A stretch of DNA of 34,318 nt, from IMG/VR virus record IMGVR_UViG_3300015203_000021, positions 1 to 34,318 of that record; one strand, given 5' to 3'. Shown here in pieces: positions 25,196-33,291 of the stretch. A model generated the notes under the pieces. The model did no database searches. It was not told the DNA's origin and worked only from the letters and a program-made list of their open reading frames with translations. The stretch's first letter is position 1; every line of letters begins with the position of its first letter. The position numbers were made by a program, and so were the translations under genes. The stretch comes from a virus. Lineage: Duplodnaviria; Caudoviricetes.

Positions 25196-25663
25196 TTACT
25201 TAATTTCTTGCGCGGCGGGGCCACCGAGCGAAGTTTCGATAAGATTGATTACAGTTACATAAATTGCACCAAGACCCGGGATGGTTTTAACCATGTCGAG
25301 AATCTCGTGCATAAATACGGCACCGCCGCCGGCTGCAACGTAGGCAAAAAGTTTGCCCAAAGTTACTGGACCGCCGCCGGCAACACTGAGTAACCCTGCA
25401 ATGAGGCCCATAACCGGCGCAACCCAAATTTGGTAAGTTCCAAGTTTGGACCACACGTATTGGTTGATAATAGAGACTTTCATGGAAGCGATGATGAGAA
25501 CAATCACGGCACTGATTTTCAGCATCGTGGACATACCGCCCATGGCTTTAACTGCGGTGATAACTTGAGACAAAAAGTCTTGTGGCGCAACGGGCGCAAC
25601 AACAGCTTGAGCGAAAACGGAAAACGCAAACATTCCTAAAATTAAGACAAATAGTTTTTTCAT
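25196..25663 (-). CDS. Multi-TM membrane protein with cleavable signal peptide, holin/antiholin candidate
   Basis: MKKLFVLILGMFAFSVFA|QA followed by about three hydrophobic segments; directly after the endolysin. Confidence 0.6.
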   Translation of the reverse strand: MKKLFVLILGMFAFSVFAQAVVAPVAPQDFLSQVITAVKAMGGMSTMLKISAVIVLIIASMKVSIINQYVWSKLGTYQIWVAPVMGLIAGLLSVAGGGPVTLGKLFAYVAAGGGAVFMHEILDMVKTIPGLGAIYVTVINLIETSLGGPAAQEIK

Positions 25664-25701
25664 TATTTTTCCCCTTTGATCTTAAAATTGTAGGGGCGAA
25701 G

Positions 25702-26127
25702 TCAAATAACGTCAACGCCGGTTCGCATCATGGCCGCCAAATCGTTGGCGCGTTCGCCAACTTGTTTCGCCCATTTTGAATTTTCCATTTCGTACGCGGC
25801 CGCCTCCCACTCCCCATCTTCGAGTGCAGTAATAAGGCGTGTGAAAGTCAGGAGCTTAGGGAGCCCAAGATTAAAAGCCATGTCAACAAGAGCCCGGGCG
25901 CGCACGTCGTCGTCTTTAATTCTGTTCCAAAAATTCTGAGTAGCGAGGTCGTTTACAATATTCGCGATGTCATTGGAAAGAAGTAGCATTGCTTCGGCTT
26001 GAGAAATACCGTTATCTGCCAAATTTCTGCCAACACCAATGGTGAGAATACCCGCGGTGTCGGTATACGGTTTGAGCTTTAATCCTTCATGATTCATGAT
26101 TTGTGATTGAAGCCGGACCAGATTCAT
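25702..26127 (-). CDS. Endolysin, GH24/T4-lysozyme-like
   Basis: HEGLKLKPYTDTAGILTIGVGRNL (E-x8-D-x5-T), MAFNLG, SKWAKQVGERA. Confidence 0.92.
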   Translation of the reverse strand: MNLVRLQSQIMNHEGLKLKPYTDTAGILTIGVGRNLADNGISQAEAMLLLSNDIANIVNDLATQNFWNRIKDDDVRARALVDMAFNLGLPKLLTFTRLITALEDGEWEAAAYEMENSKWAKQVGERANDLAAMMRTGVDVI

Positions 26128-26357
26128 TTTTTACGACTCTCTTCGATTCGGATTAACCGTTGAATAATGTCGTCTAATTTTTCAGTTACCTTTTCGCTTT
26201 TGGTTTCAAGAGAGGCCACTTTTTCAGTATTTGAAACCCCGTTGGCGTAAACCATCGTTAGCCAGCCGATACCGCCGATTAGAGCGATAACCATTGAAAC
26301 AGGAACTAAAGTGTTTTCAGTGAATTTCTGCAGCATAGGAACACCCTCCTTTTTCAT
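26124..26357 (-). CDS. Single-TM coiled-coil protein, holin-like
   Basis: One TM segment then heptads; coupled to the endolysin start. True start may be the internal MLQKF after GGAGG. Confidence 0.6.
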   Translation of the reverse strand: MKKEGVPMLQKFTENTLVPVSMVIALIGGIGWLTMVYANGVSNTEKVASLETKSEKVTEKLDDIIQRLIRIEESRKK

Positions 26358-26358
26358 T

Positions 26359-26940
26359 TTACAGCTCTACTACGCAAAGGTCGCCATTAATATTTGCTAA
26401 TGGAGTAGATACGTTAGAAGTTGCATCCAGTTCTAACTGTAATTTATAAGTATGACTTCCAGCGGATGGAGCATTGAACCAAACTCCGCTAGACGGAAAA
26501 AATTCATTCGCAGATGCAGTTGAAGAATTTGAAAAAGCTTCTACGTTCATAGATATATTACCAGGTCCGACTTGTGACCCGTCCATCAATAAAATATAAT
26601 CAGCTCCCACAGTATATCTAGAATTTGCTGTCGTTCCAGCCCAACTTACTCCAAAACTATTCGCTATAGAATTAGTAACTGAAGTACAAACCGATATCAT
26701 CACAGGTCGTCCAGTGGTTGTCAAAGTGACGGAACTACCAGTAACGTCTACATATGAGGTGGACGAAGTAGTAAAAGCAAAAAATCCAGCTCGTGAAACT
26801 GTCTTCGTTGCAAGCTTCGCCTGCGTTACAGCACCGGCTGCAAGTTTTGAAGTCGTAACCGATAAATCCGGAATTACGTAACTAGCATACGAAACTCCAG
26901 TGATAAGAATAAAAAATAAAATCCAATTAAGTTTTTTCAT
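26359..26940 (-). CDS. Fibre/receptor-binding-like protein with predicted Sec signal peptide
   Basis: AAGGAG RBS; MKKLNWILFFILITGVSYA|SY; VTTSKLA.GAVTQAKLA fibre repeats; C-terminal TSSTSYVDVTG...SAGSHTYKLQ domain. Confidence 0.75.
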   Translation of the reverse strand: MKKLNWILFFILITGVSYASYVIPDLSVTTSKLAAGAVTQAKLATKTVSRAGFFAFTTSSTSYVDVTGSSVTLTTTGRPVMISVCTSVTNSIANSFGVSWAGTTANSRYTVGADYILLMDGSQVGPGNISMNVEAFSNSSTASANEFFPSSGVWFNAPSAGSHTYKLQLELDATSNVSTPLANINGDLCVVEL

Positions 26941-26949
26941 AGCGTCTCC

Positions 26950-27621
26950 TTACAAGATATCCCAAGTCGTGCCGTTATTAAATACCGTCGTTGAGTTTCC
27001 AAAAGCTTCCATGTCGGCATTCGTATTAGCGCCATCAATCAGTTCCGCGCCATTGCCCTTTATGGTCAGGGTGTGAGTGCCAACGTTTTTAATAATGAAC
27101 TTTTTACCCTTCGAGGTAGCAATAGTCGGGAGTGTAATCGTGAAACCGGCGCTCGTCGTATCTCCGCGAATAATTTCATCAGAAATTAACGCGGTGTAAG
27201 TGGTAGAAACGTTGGTGGGACTTGCGCCACCTTGAACGCGCCAATTCGTACCATCGGTCAAAGCGTTATTTAAATTTGAATTTGTAATTGAGACGTAGAT
27301 TATACCTGAACCATTATTAACCATACTGCCCACAAAATAATTCGTAGTAGCGTCCCACTCAGCTATACCGGTTTGCATAAGATAGGCCACTTGGTAGGCC
27401 ATGACGTAGCAAAAAGCGTTCATGTCTTCAATCGCTGGGCTATTGCCTCCGATAACGGCACCAAGCCAACCTTGTAACCAATTGGAAAGGGACTGAATAA
27501 CGGTCGGGTCCGTTGAATAAACCGGGGTGCCCGCAGCTAAACTACCGAATTCACCGATATCGGTTGCGCCGGCGGTACTTCCGAATATTTTTGCGATCTT
27601 ACGAACAATTTTTGTAGCCAT
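26950..27621 (-). CDS. Baseplate-anchored short tail fibre/adaptor (no signal peptide)
   Basis: Follows the DUF2612-like gene; EDMNA..Y...YQVAYLMQTGIAEWD.TT.Y anchor motif; C-terminal FTITLP...IDG domain. Confidence 0.75.
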   Translation of the reverse strand: MATKIVRKIAKIFGSTAGATDIGEFGSLAAGTPVYSTDPTVIQSLSNWLQGWLGAVIGGNSPAIEDMNAFCYVMAYQVAYLMQTGIAEWDATTNYFVGSMVNNGSGIIYVSITNSNLNNALTDGTNWRVQGGASPTNVSTTYTALISDEIIRGDTTSAGFTITLPTIATSKGKKFIIKNVGTHTLTIKGNGAELIDGANTNADMEAFGNSTTVFNNGTTWDIL

Positions 27622-27630
27622 AAAAACTCC

Positions 27631-28254
27631 TTAAGCTGAAATCGCATTTGAGTACCGCACCCACGGGCTACTCATATTATAAGATACATATGTATTAAAT
27701 GGTGACACGTTAGCGGCGGGTGCCAAATAAGTCCTAAATCCGAAGAACGTATTGACCACGGGGGCGTAAATTGGGAGCGCGAGTTGCACGCCCATGGGTT
27801 TTGGAAACAGACCTTCAGATATAAAAAGTCTGACTAGATTTTGACTCCCCACGCTTGAATTAATCAAGTAACTCATGCGCATGTTTTTGTAATCAAAAAC
27901 GTAAATTTCATTTGGAAAAAATTCGTGAAGTAGATTTTGAATATCCGCTAGCGCACTGCCAAAATTATTTCTAAAAATGGCGAGCTTAATAAGAGATGTG
28001 AAATCTGAATCGCTTAACGTGATCGCTGTGCCGCCGACATAACCAGTTCGCGTAACTCCCACGTATTTTCCGATAGTGTCTAATTGCACCCCCGTTGCCG
28101 TATCGATGCTGAAAGCATTTTGAACTGCGAGGGGTAATTGACTCATGATTACCGGAGTTACTAACGCTTGAATATGGGCATAAGCGTTGGGCTTACCGCG
28201 ATACTGAAGAATCAAAAGATTCGCGTAGTAATTTATCAAATCGCTATTGGTCAT
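27631..28254 (-). CDS. DUF2612-family baseplate wedge protein
   Basis: Y.NLLILQY.GKP.A, F.IDTA.GVQLD.IGKYVGV.R, LFPKPMGV. Confidence 0.82.
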   Translation of the reverse strand: MTNSDLINYYANLLILQYRGKPNAYAHIQALVTPVIMSQLPLAVQNAFSIDTATGVQLDTIGKYVGVTRTGYVGGTAITLSDSDFTSLIKLAIFRNNFGSALADIQNLLHEFFPNEIYVFDYKNMRMSYLINSSVGSQNLVRLFISEGLFPKPMGVQLALPIYAPVVNTFFGFRTYLAPAANVSPFNTYVSYNMSSPWVRYSNAISA

Positions 28255-29654
28255 GCGGTTGTCACCAACGCCGTGGCTGAATTAGCCAGTGTATCAACGA
28301 CTTTTATCGTATCGGTAAATCCTGCAGTTCCCGCGGTGTAAACGCCAGTAGAGGAGTTAATTGAGCCGCCGCTATTATTTACGAAAATCGAATACGTGTA
28401 CGGTCCAAAACCTCCGAGAGCGGAGAAGGTTTCCATAAGCCCGGCCCCAACGGTTGAGGTGGTCGGATTTAGAATTATGGGCGTGATGATGATATCGGGT
28501 GAAGTAATGATGAATTGATTGTTTTTAGCGGTGGGCGTGAGCGTGTTGGTGTAAGTACCACCGGATGAAGAACTAAACCCAGCGTTCGTAACCAAAGTGT
28601 TGGGGTCAATGGCCTGAACTAGCGTTGCCAGTTGGTTCACGTTTACTTCTTGGTTTACCCCGGGCTTGAAAGAATTGACGAGTCCAGTGCGAATAGCCGC
28701 GATATTTGGCGCGTTAATTCCGTCAAGTGACGTAGCCGTAAACTTAATGAATAGCGGTTGAGTGGTCACTACGTCCCAATTTACGACAAAGGAACTCCCG
28801 TCAACTTGGGTTACTGTGAAAGAAGTTGCGCCGTACATACCACACCCGGCGTTACGTTTGGTGTAGATGGCATTGGCGATATCGGCTGCCGCGGCGGTTC
28901 CGGCTACAATCACCCAAATTGAATGCCCGGGTACGCCATCACCATTGGTGGCGTTGGTATTATTTTCGTAAACAAAGGCCGAGGTGATACCATTGATATT
29001 TTCGAGAGCTGCAAGAAGACTTGCAAGATAACCTTGTGACGAAAGGGAAACTGATTGTTGGCGTCGAATCTTAAGCTGCGCGTCGGTTTCCTCGTTGATG
29101 CCAAGCGTAGTGTAAGTCGTAGGGTTATTAATCGAGGTCACGCCCAAAATAATGGTCACGGGCACCGTAATGGTATTGGGGATAGTAAGATTCGCACCCG
29201 GAGTTGCGGCCTTGAACGCATAAACATATGTTCCGGGAGTTGCTATGGTTTGACTTGCGATGAGCTGCCAATGGTTTCCGGCGTTATCCGCCACCGTGAA
29301 AATTTCTTGACCCTCTTGATCGAGACCATAAAGATTTAATGCTTGAGCAATCACCAAAGTGACGTTGGTGATAGTGTAAGTACCGGCTTGGCGCTGAATC
29401 CCGTTAATCGCCACACGTTGGTCAAGCACTGCACCAATAGCGTTATCAGGGTCAAACGAGTTATAGATTTGCGTGAGTAAATCTTCGAGGTCGAGCACGG
29501 ATTGAATAAAGAGGTTGATCGCTTGCCCGTCCGGTGAGTCCGAATCCAAATTGATGTCGGAACCGTAGATAGCTTGGAACGCGGCCGTATATTGCGCAAT
29601 CAACTCTGCCCGTGTTGCCGTTTGTAGCCCTGTAGCATCAATTAAATTTGGCAT
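28251..29654 (-). CDS. Baseplate J-like protein with C-terminal Ig-like extension
   Basis: IYG.DI.L..DSPDGQ, YNSFDP..A.G..LD, G.NEETDAQL..RR, VYEN.T, VPGHSIWVIV.G. Confidence 0.88.
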   Translation of the reverse strand: MPNLIDATGLQTATRAELIAQYTAAFQAIYGSDINLDSDSPDGQAINLFIQSVLDLEDLLTQIYNSFDPDNAIGAVLDQRVAINGIQRQAGTYTITNVTLVIAQALNLYGLDQEGQEIFTVADNAGNHWQLIASQTIATPGTYVYAFKAATPGANLTIPNTITVPVTIILGVTSINNPTTYTTLGINEETDAQLKIRRQQSVSLSSQGYLASLLAALENINGITSAFVYENNTNATNGDGVPGHSIWVIVAGTAAAADIANAIYTKRNAGCGMYGATSFTVTQVDGSSFVVNWDVVTTQPLFIKFTATSLDGINAPNIAAIRTGLVNSFKPGVNQEVNVNQLATLVQAIDPNTLVTNAGFSSSSGGTYTNTLTPTAKNNQFIITSPDIIITPIILNPTTSTVGAGLMETFSALGGFGPYTYSIFVNNSGGSINSSTGVYTAGTAGFTDTIKVVDTLANSATALVTTA

Positions 29655-29662
29655 CGTATCTC

Positions 29663-29782
29663 CTAAAGTTTTTTACAAGCAAACATTCCGCCGTCACCTT
29701 GGACGGGCTGACAATCGCGAACTAAAATCGGTTTGCTCATGCACCCGGAAAGAAATAAAATACCGATAATTAATTTTTTCAT
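29663..29782 (-). CDS. 39-aa lipoprotein (not in ORF track)
   Basis: AGGAG-N6-ATG; MKKLIIGILFLSG|CMSKPILVRDCQPVQGDGGMFACKKL. Confidence 0.75.
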   Translation of the reverse strand: MKKLIIGILFLSGCMSKPILVRDCQPVQGDGGMFACKKL

Positions 29783-29791
29783 TTTCATCTC

Positions 29792-32170
29792 CTATTGGTA
29801 ATATTCTTCAACGATGATTTGTCCGCCAGCGCCAGCGCCACCGGCATTGCCCCCAGTTCCAGTACTGCCACCGGTGTTCCCGGCTACGGCTGCGGAATAA
29901 GAAAAAGTTTGTCCGGCCGTTGGTGTGATAATTGCTTCGATATAACCGCCAGAACTTCCCCCTGGCCCAGAATAAGAATTTAAAGCGGCACCGTTACCGC
30001 CGCCGCCGCCACCAGAGCCAGTGTCGGCAAGCCCTGCGCCTCCAGTTTGGTTATAACCTGAGCTACCGCCGCCCCCGAATACGCTCGACCCGCCTGCGCC
30101 ACCAGCTGTATCAACCGTTGTAATGTTTTGGTAATTGGCGCCGCCGCCCTGGCTCCCGGCTTGATTTACTAAAATAATAGGGCCAGCTGAAACAGTGTTT
30201 GCATTTCCCGAAGCCCCACTTGTTCCGCCACCCGCGCCCCCATTGCCGGCACTTGCCGTTAGGTTTGGACCGAAAGTTGTTGATGAGCCTGCGCCGCCAT
30301 TTTGTCCGGTACTTGCCGCAGTTCCAGAGCCCGCGCCACCACCACCGCCGCCAACCATTCGCACCCGAATATAAAGTACGTTTGCAGGCGTGGTATAAGT
30401 CCCCGAGCCAGTTAGATTAAATCCCCCGCTATGAGCGCTTCCAGTAACGCGACTAACTGTGGGCGCTGTAAAAGTTTTAAAAGTAGGAGAGCCGGTCCCG
30501 CCCGAGATCACCATTTGTCCAGCCGTCCCAGCTGAAGAATACGCATGCGCCGTACCCGTGCCATAACCAATGCCGCCAGCTGTTGCCGTAGCTGTCGAGT
30601 TAGTTCCACCATTTGCAATCGGTAGAGTGCCCGATACGTCAGCCGTTAAACTTGCGGCACCGAACGTCGGTGCACCCGAGGCGTTGCCATGAAGAACTGT
30701 GGTAGTAGTTCCCAGCGAACCAAGAACCGCGGGGGCCACACCGACACCACCGCCCACGACCAAAGCGTTGGCAGTTAATACGGCCGAACTTGAAAGAGCC
30801 GAAGTTGAACTAAAATAAGGTACGCCGCCCGATGTCCCGGTAGTAGTCAGTCCCAAAGTACCTGTCGCGGTTACGGGTGAGCCGGTTGCGGAAAAAATGC
30901 TCGTGGCGGGAACAGACAATCCAACTGAAGTGACCGTGCCGCCTCCGCCGGGCGTTGTCCAGCTACCGTCGGCGCGCAGGAAATTAATTGTGCCGCCACC
31001 GGATGCCGGAGTAAGTCCTTGAAGGGACGAGGTAAAAGCATTCAAATCGGCTGTGAGTTGAGTGGGGGTAATGTCCGCGGCATTTGCAGTCGAACCGGTG
31101 TTGTTTCCTTTATAGGTGTGCGCCCCCATGGTGGCTAATTGCGCATTAGTGACTTTATTTGCACCAATGGAGGCGGCAAAAGTTCCCGTACCTGAACCGG
31201 TCACATCTCCCGTTAAAGCGATAGTTTGGTCTCCGGTGTTGGTGCCAGAAAGATTAGAGCCACTTACGGCACCTGACGCGGCCACCGATGACGGCGTAAT
31301 GGCACCAAGAGTAAGAGTTATTGCGGGTGTTGAAGTTGCCGTGGCTACTGATCCCGAAACCCCATTAGCGGTAGAAACCGAAACCGACGTGACAGTGCCC
31401 GCGTTGAGCGGAGGGGCCGCCCACGTGCCGTCAGCTCTGAGAAAATTGCTCGTTCCGCCACCGGACGAGGGGGCTAGACCTTGAAGACTCGAAGTGAAGG
31501 GATTTAAAAGAGCGGTAGCTTGAGTCGGAGTCTGCGAAACAATAGATTTACCACTGTCGAGATACGCAAAAGTGCTGGCTGTAGCTGCGGGAACGGTAAC
31601 GGCGCCGCTTAAGTTTGCGCTAATAGTTCCGGCCGAGAAATTTCCCGAGCCATCGCGCGCGACAATCGCTGACGCAGTATTAGCACTTGCTGCCGTAGTA
31701 GCTGAATTGGCAACCTTACCGGTGGTTGAAATGGTTAAAAGATTGGAATCGGCGATTGAGCCTGCGAGCATCGCATTGGTGACTTTGCCGGCACCAATAG
31801 CTGTTGCACTTTGAGTACCACCAACGTCCCCGACGAGAGTGCCGGTGAAGCTTCCCGCTGAGCCAGATGTGTTTCCGGTTACGTTGCCGGTAAGGTTCCC
31901 GGAAAAAGTTCCGGTAACGGTGCCAGTAAAAGTGGGCGAAGACAGAGGCGCATATAGACTAAATTTTGTCACAAAAGCCGGAGTACCCGGAATATCGCTT
32001 ATGCGAAAGCGTTGGGTGAGCGGAGTACTCGTGGTGTTCACATACGGAAAAGAATCCGCCGTATTAATCGTCGCGGGAGCCGAATTAAGTATTAGGTCAG
32101 AAATTTTTACATCGGCCAGAGCAAAACTCGTAGTTAAAAGGCCGAGTAAAAGAAACAGTCGTTTTGTCAT
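29792..32170 (-). CDS. Long Gly/Thr/Ser-rich tail fibre with predicted Sec signal peptide
   Basis: AAGGAG-N6-ATG 32170; MTKRLFLLLGLLTTSFALA|DVKISDL; motifs LTGNVTGN, IVARDGSGNF, FLRADG.W (x2), GTVTSV (x2), LPIANGGT; Gly-rich C-terminal domain ending GQIIVEEY. Confidence 0.88.
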   Translation of the reverse strand: MTKRLFLLLGLLTTSFALADVKISDLILNSAPATINTADSFPYVNTTSTPLTQRFRISDIPGTPAFVTKFSLYAPLSSPTFTGTVTGTFSGNLTGNVTGNTSGSAGSFTGTLVGDVGGTQSATAIGAGKVTNAMLAGSIADSNLLTISTTGKVANSATTAASANTASAIVARDGSGNFSAGTISANLSGAVTVPAATASTFAYLDSGKSIVSQTPTQATALLNPFTSSLQGLAPSSGGGTSNFLRADGTWAAPPLNAGTVTSVSVSTANGVSGSVATATSTPAITLTLGAITPSSVAASGAVSGSNLSGTNTGDQTIALTGDVTGSGTGTFAASIGANKVTNAQLATMGAHTYKGNNTGSTANAADITPTQLTADLNAFTSSLQGLTPASGGGTINFLRADGSWTTPGGGGTVTSVGLSVPATSIFSATGSPVTATGTLGLTTTGTSGGVPYFSSTSALSSSAVLTANALVVGGGVGVAPAVLGSLGTTTTVLHGNASGAPTFGAASLTADVSGTLPIANGGTNSTATATAGGIGYGTGTAHAYSSAGTAGQMVISGGTGSPTFKTFTAPTVSRVTGSAHSGGFNLTGSGTYTTPANVLYIRVRMVGGGGGGAGSGTAASTGQNGGAGSSTTFGPNLTASAGNGGAGGGTSGASGNANTVSAGPIILVNQAGSQGGGANYQNITTVDTAGGAGGSSVFGGGGSSGYNQTGGAGLADTGSGGGGGGNGAALNSYSGPGGSSGGYIEAIITPTAGQTFSYSAAVAGNTGGSTGTGGNAGGAGAGGQIIVEEYYQ

Positions 32171-32179
32171 CACATCTCC

Positions 32180-32608
32180 TTAAGGTTCAATAGTGATCGG
32201 GTCGCCGGCTTCGGTTACTAGTACCAGACCGCTTTCGGTCACAAGTCGGCTCGTATTCCCACCACTAGATACGATTTGATTAGTGATCACACCCGAAACG
32301 GTATCCACACTATACGTAATCGTAATTAATCTAGCTTGACTTAAAACCAACGAAAGCTCAAGGAGGCTCTTGACGTTGGGCGTGTTAATAATTACCGCGC
32401 TGACTGCGATATTTATCGCTAACTGATTTTTGGCACCCAATAAATTAAACCAATCAATCCCGGCCGATAAATCAAAAAAGCAATCGCCCAGAAAAGAATT
32501 AAGCCTGGTTTGAATGTTTTGGGAAATGGCATTCTTACCCGATTTATAATCGTTTTGACCTTTGCCAAAAAGCCAGTCACCGGTTCCGTCTAATGCACGT
32601 ACAATCAT
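32180..32608 (-). CDS. Baseplate wedge/sheath-initiator-like protein with C-terminal LVTExG repeats
   Basis: MIVRALD..GDW.FG, QNIQTRL..FLGDCFFD...GIDW; tail RLVTESGLVLVTEAGDPITIE. Confidence 0.75.
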   Translation of the reverse strand: MIVRALDGTGDWLFGKGQNDYKSGKNAISQNIQTRLNSFLGDCFFDLSAGIDWFNLLGAKNQLAINIAVSAVIINTPNVKSLLELSLVLSQARLITITYSVDTVSGVITNQIVSSGGNTSRLVTESGLVLVTEAGDPITIEP

Positions 32609-33291
32609 TCGAGTAATCCTCCGACGGTAGTTTTATAGGCCAGCAAAGCCGCCGAATTCACCAAGGGGAACGGCGTCGGTGAACCGGGACCCGGAGGTAC
32701 GGCAACGGTTGCGGCCGCGATTATATCGATGAGTCCGTTTATAATCGTCTTAAGGGTCGTTACTTCATTAGCAATTTTTACAAGTTCGGTTCCCACGCCC
32801 ACCATCGCATTGCCATTTCTAAGGACCGCTCTTGCGGCGTCAAAATTTGCTAGTGCATTGGGGGCTGATCTAAGGCCAACAAGAGCCACAGCGTCAGAAA
32901 AGGAATGCGTGCGGCGCGTAGCTACACCTTGAGGTGGGCCGCCTTGAAACCAGTTGTCTAAGTCGCGATCGTTAAAAAGCAAAAGGCATTCATCGCCTTT
33001 TTTAATTGGAAACGTGAGGCTAGCGGCACCCCCACCCAAAGAGATAACGGGTACGTCAGTAAGTGGTGGGTAATCGGTTAAGACTGCTTGCGGGACTTCG
33101 TTAACCGGGCTTGTCTTGAAAACCGTCTTTTTATACGCAAGAGTGATCGATGCAGTTTGGGTAGTAGGGTTAAAACTTTGCACGATTCCTATGGCGTGAC
33201 AATTAGTCGACGCCATCACGTCTCGCTTAAGAAGCGAAAGTAAATCACGTAACGAGGGGTCACTCGTGGTGTTATTATTTGGCAGTGCCAT
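32605..33291 (-). CDS. Baseplate central spike (Gp138-N/GpV-like)
   Basis: YPPL.DVPV...GGG...LTFPIKKGDECLLLF.DRD.DNW, R.HSFSDA. Confidence 0.85.
   Translation of the reverse strand: MALPNNNTTSDPSLRDLLSLLKRDVMASTNCHAIGIVQSFNPTTQTASITLAYKKTVFKTSPVNEVPQAVLTDYPPLTDVPVISLGGGAASLTFPIKKGDECLLLFNDRDLDNWFQGGPPQGVATRRTHSFSDAVALVGLRSAPNALANFDAARAVLRNGNAMVGVGTELVKIANEVTTLKTIINGLIDIIAAATVAVPPGPGSPTPFPLVNSAALLAYKTTVGGLLE

Noticed and set aside
29792-32170. Diversity-generating retroelement or invertible fibre cassette
   Set aside because: No reverse transcriptase, invertase or adenine-specific near-identical repeat in the window.
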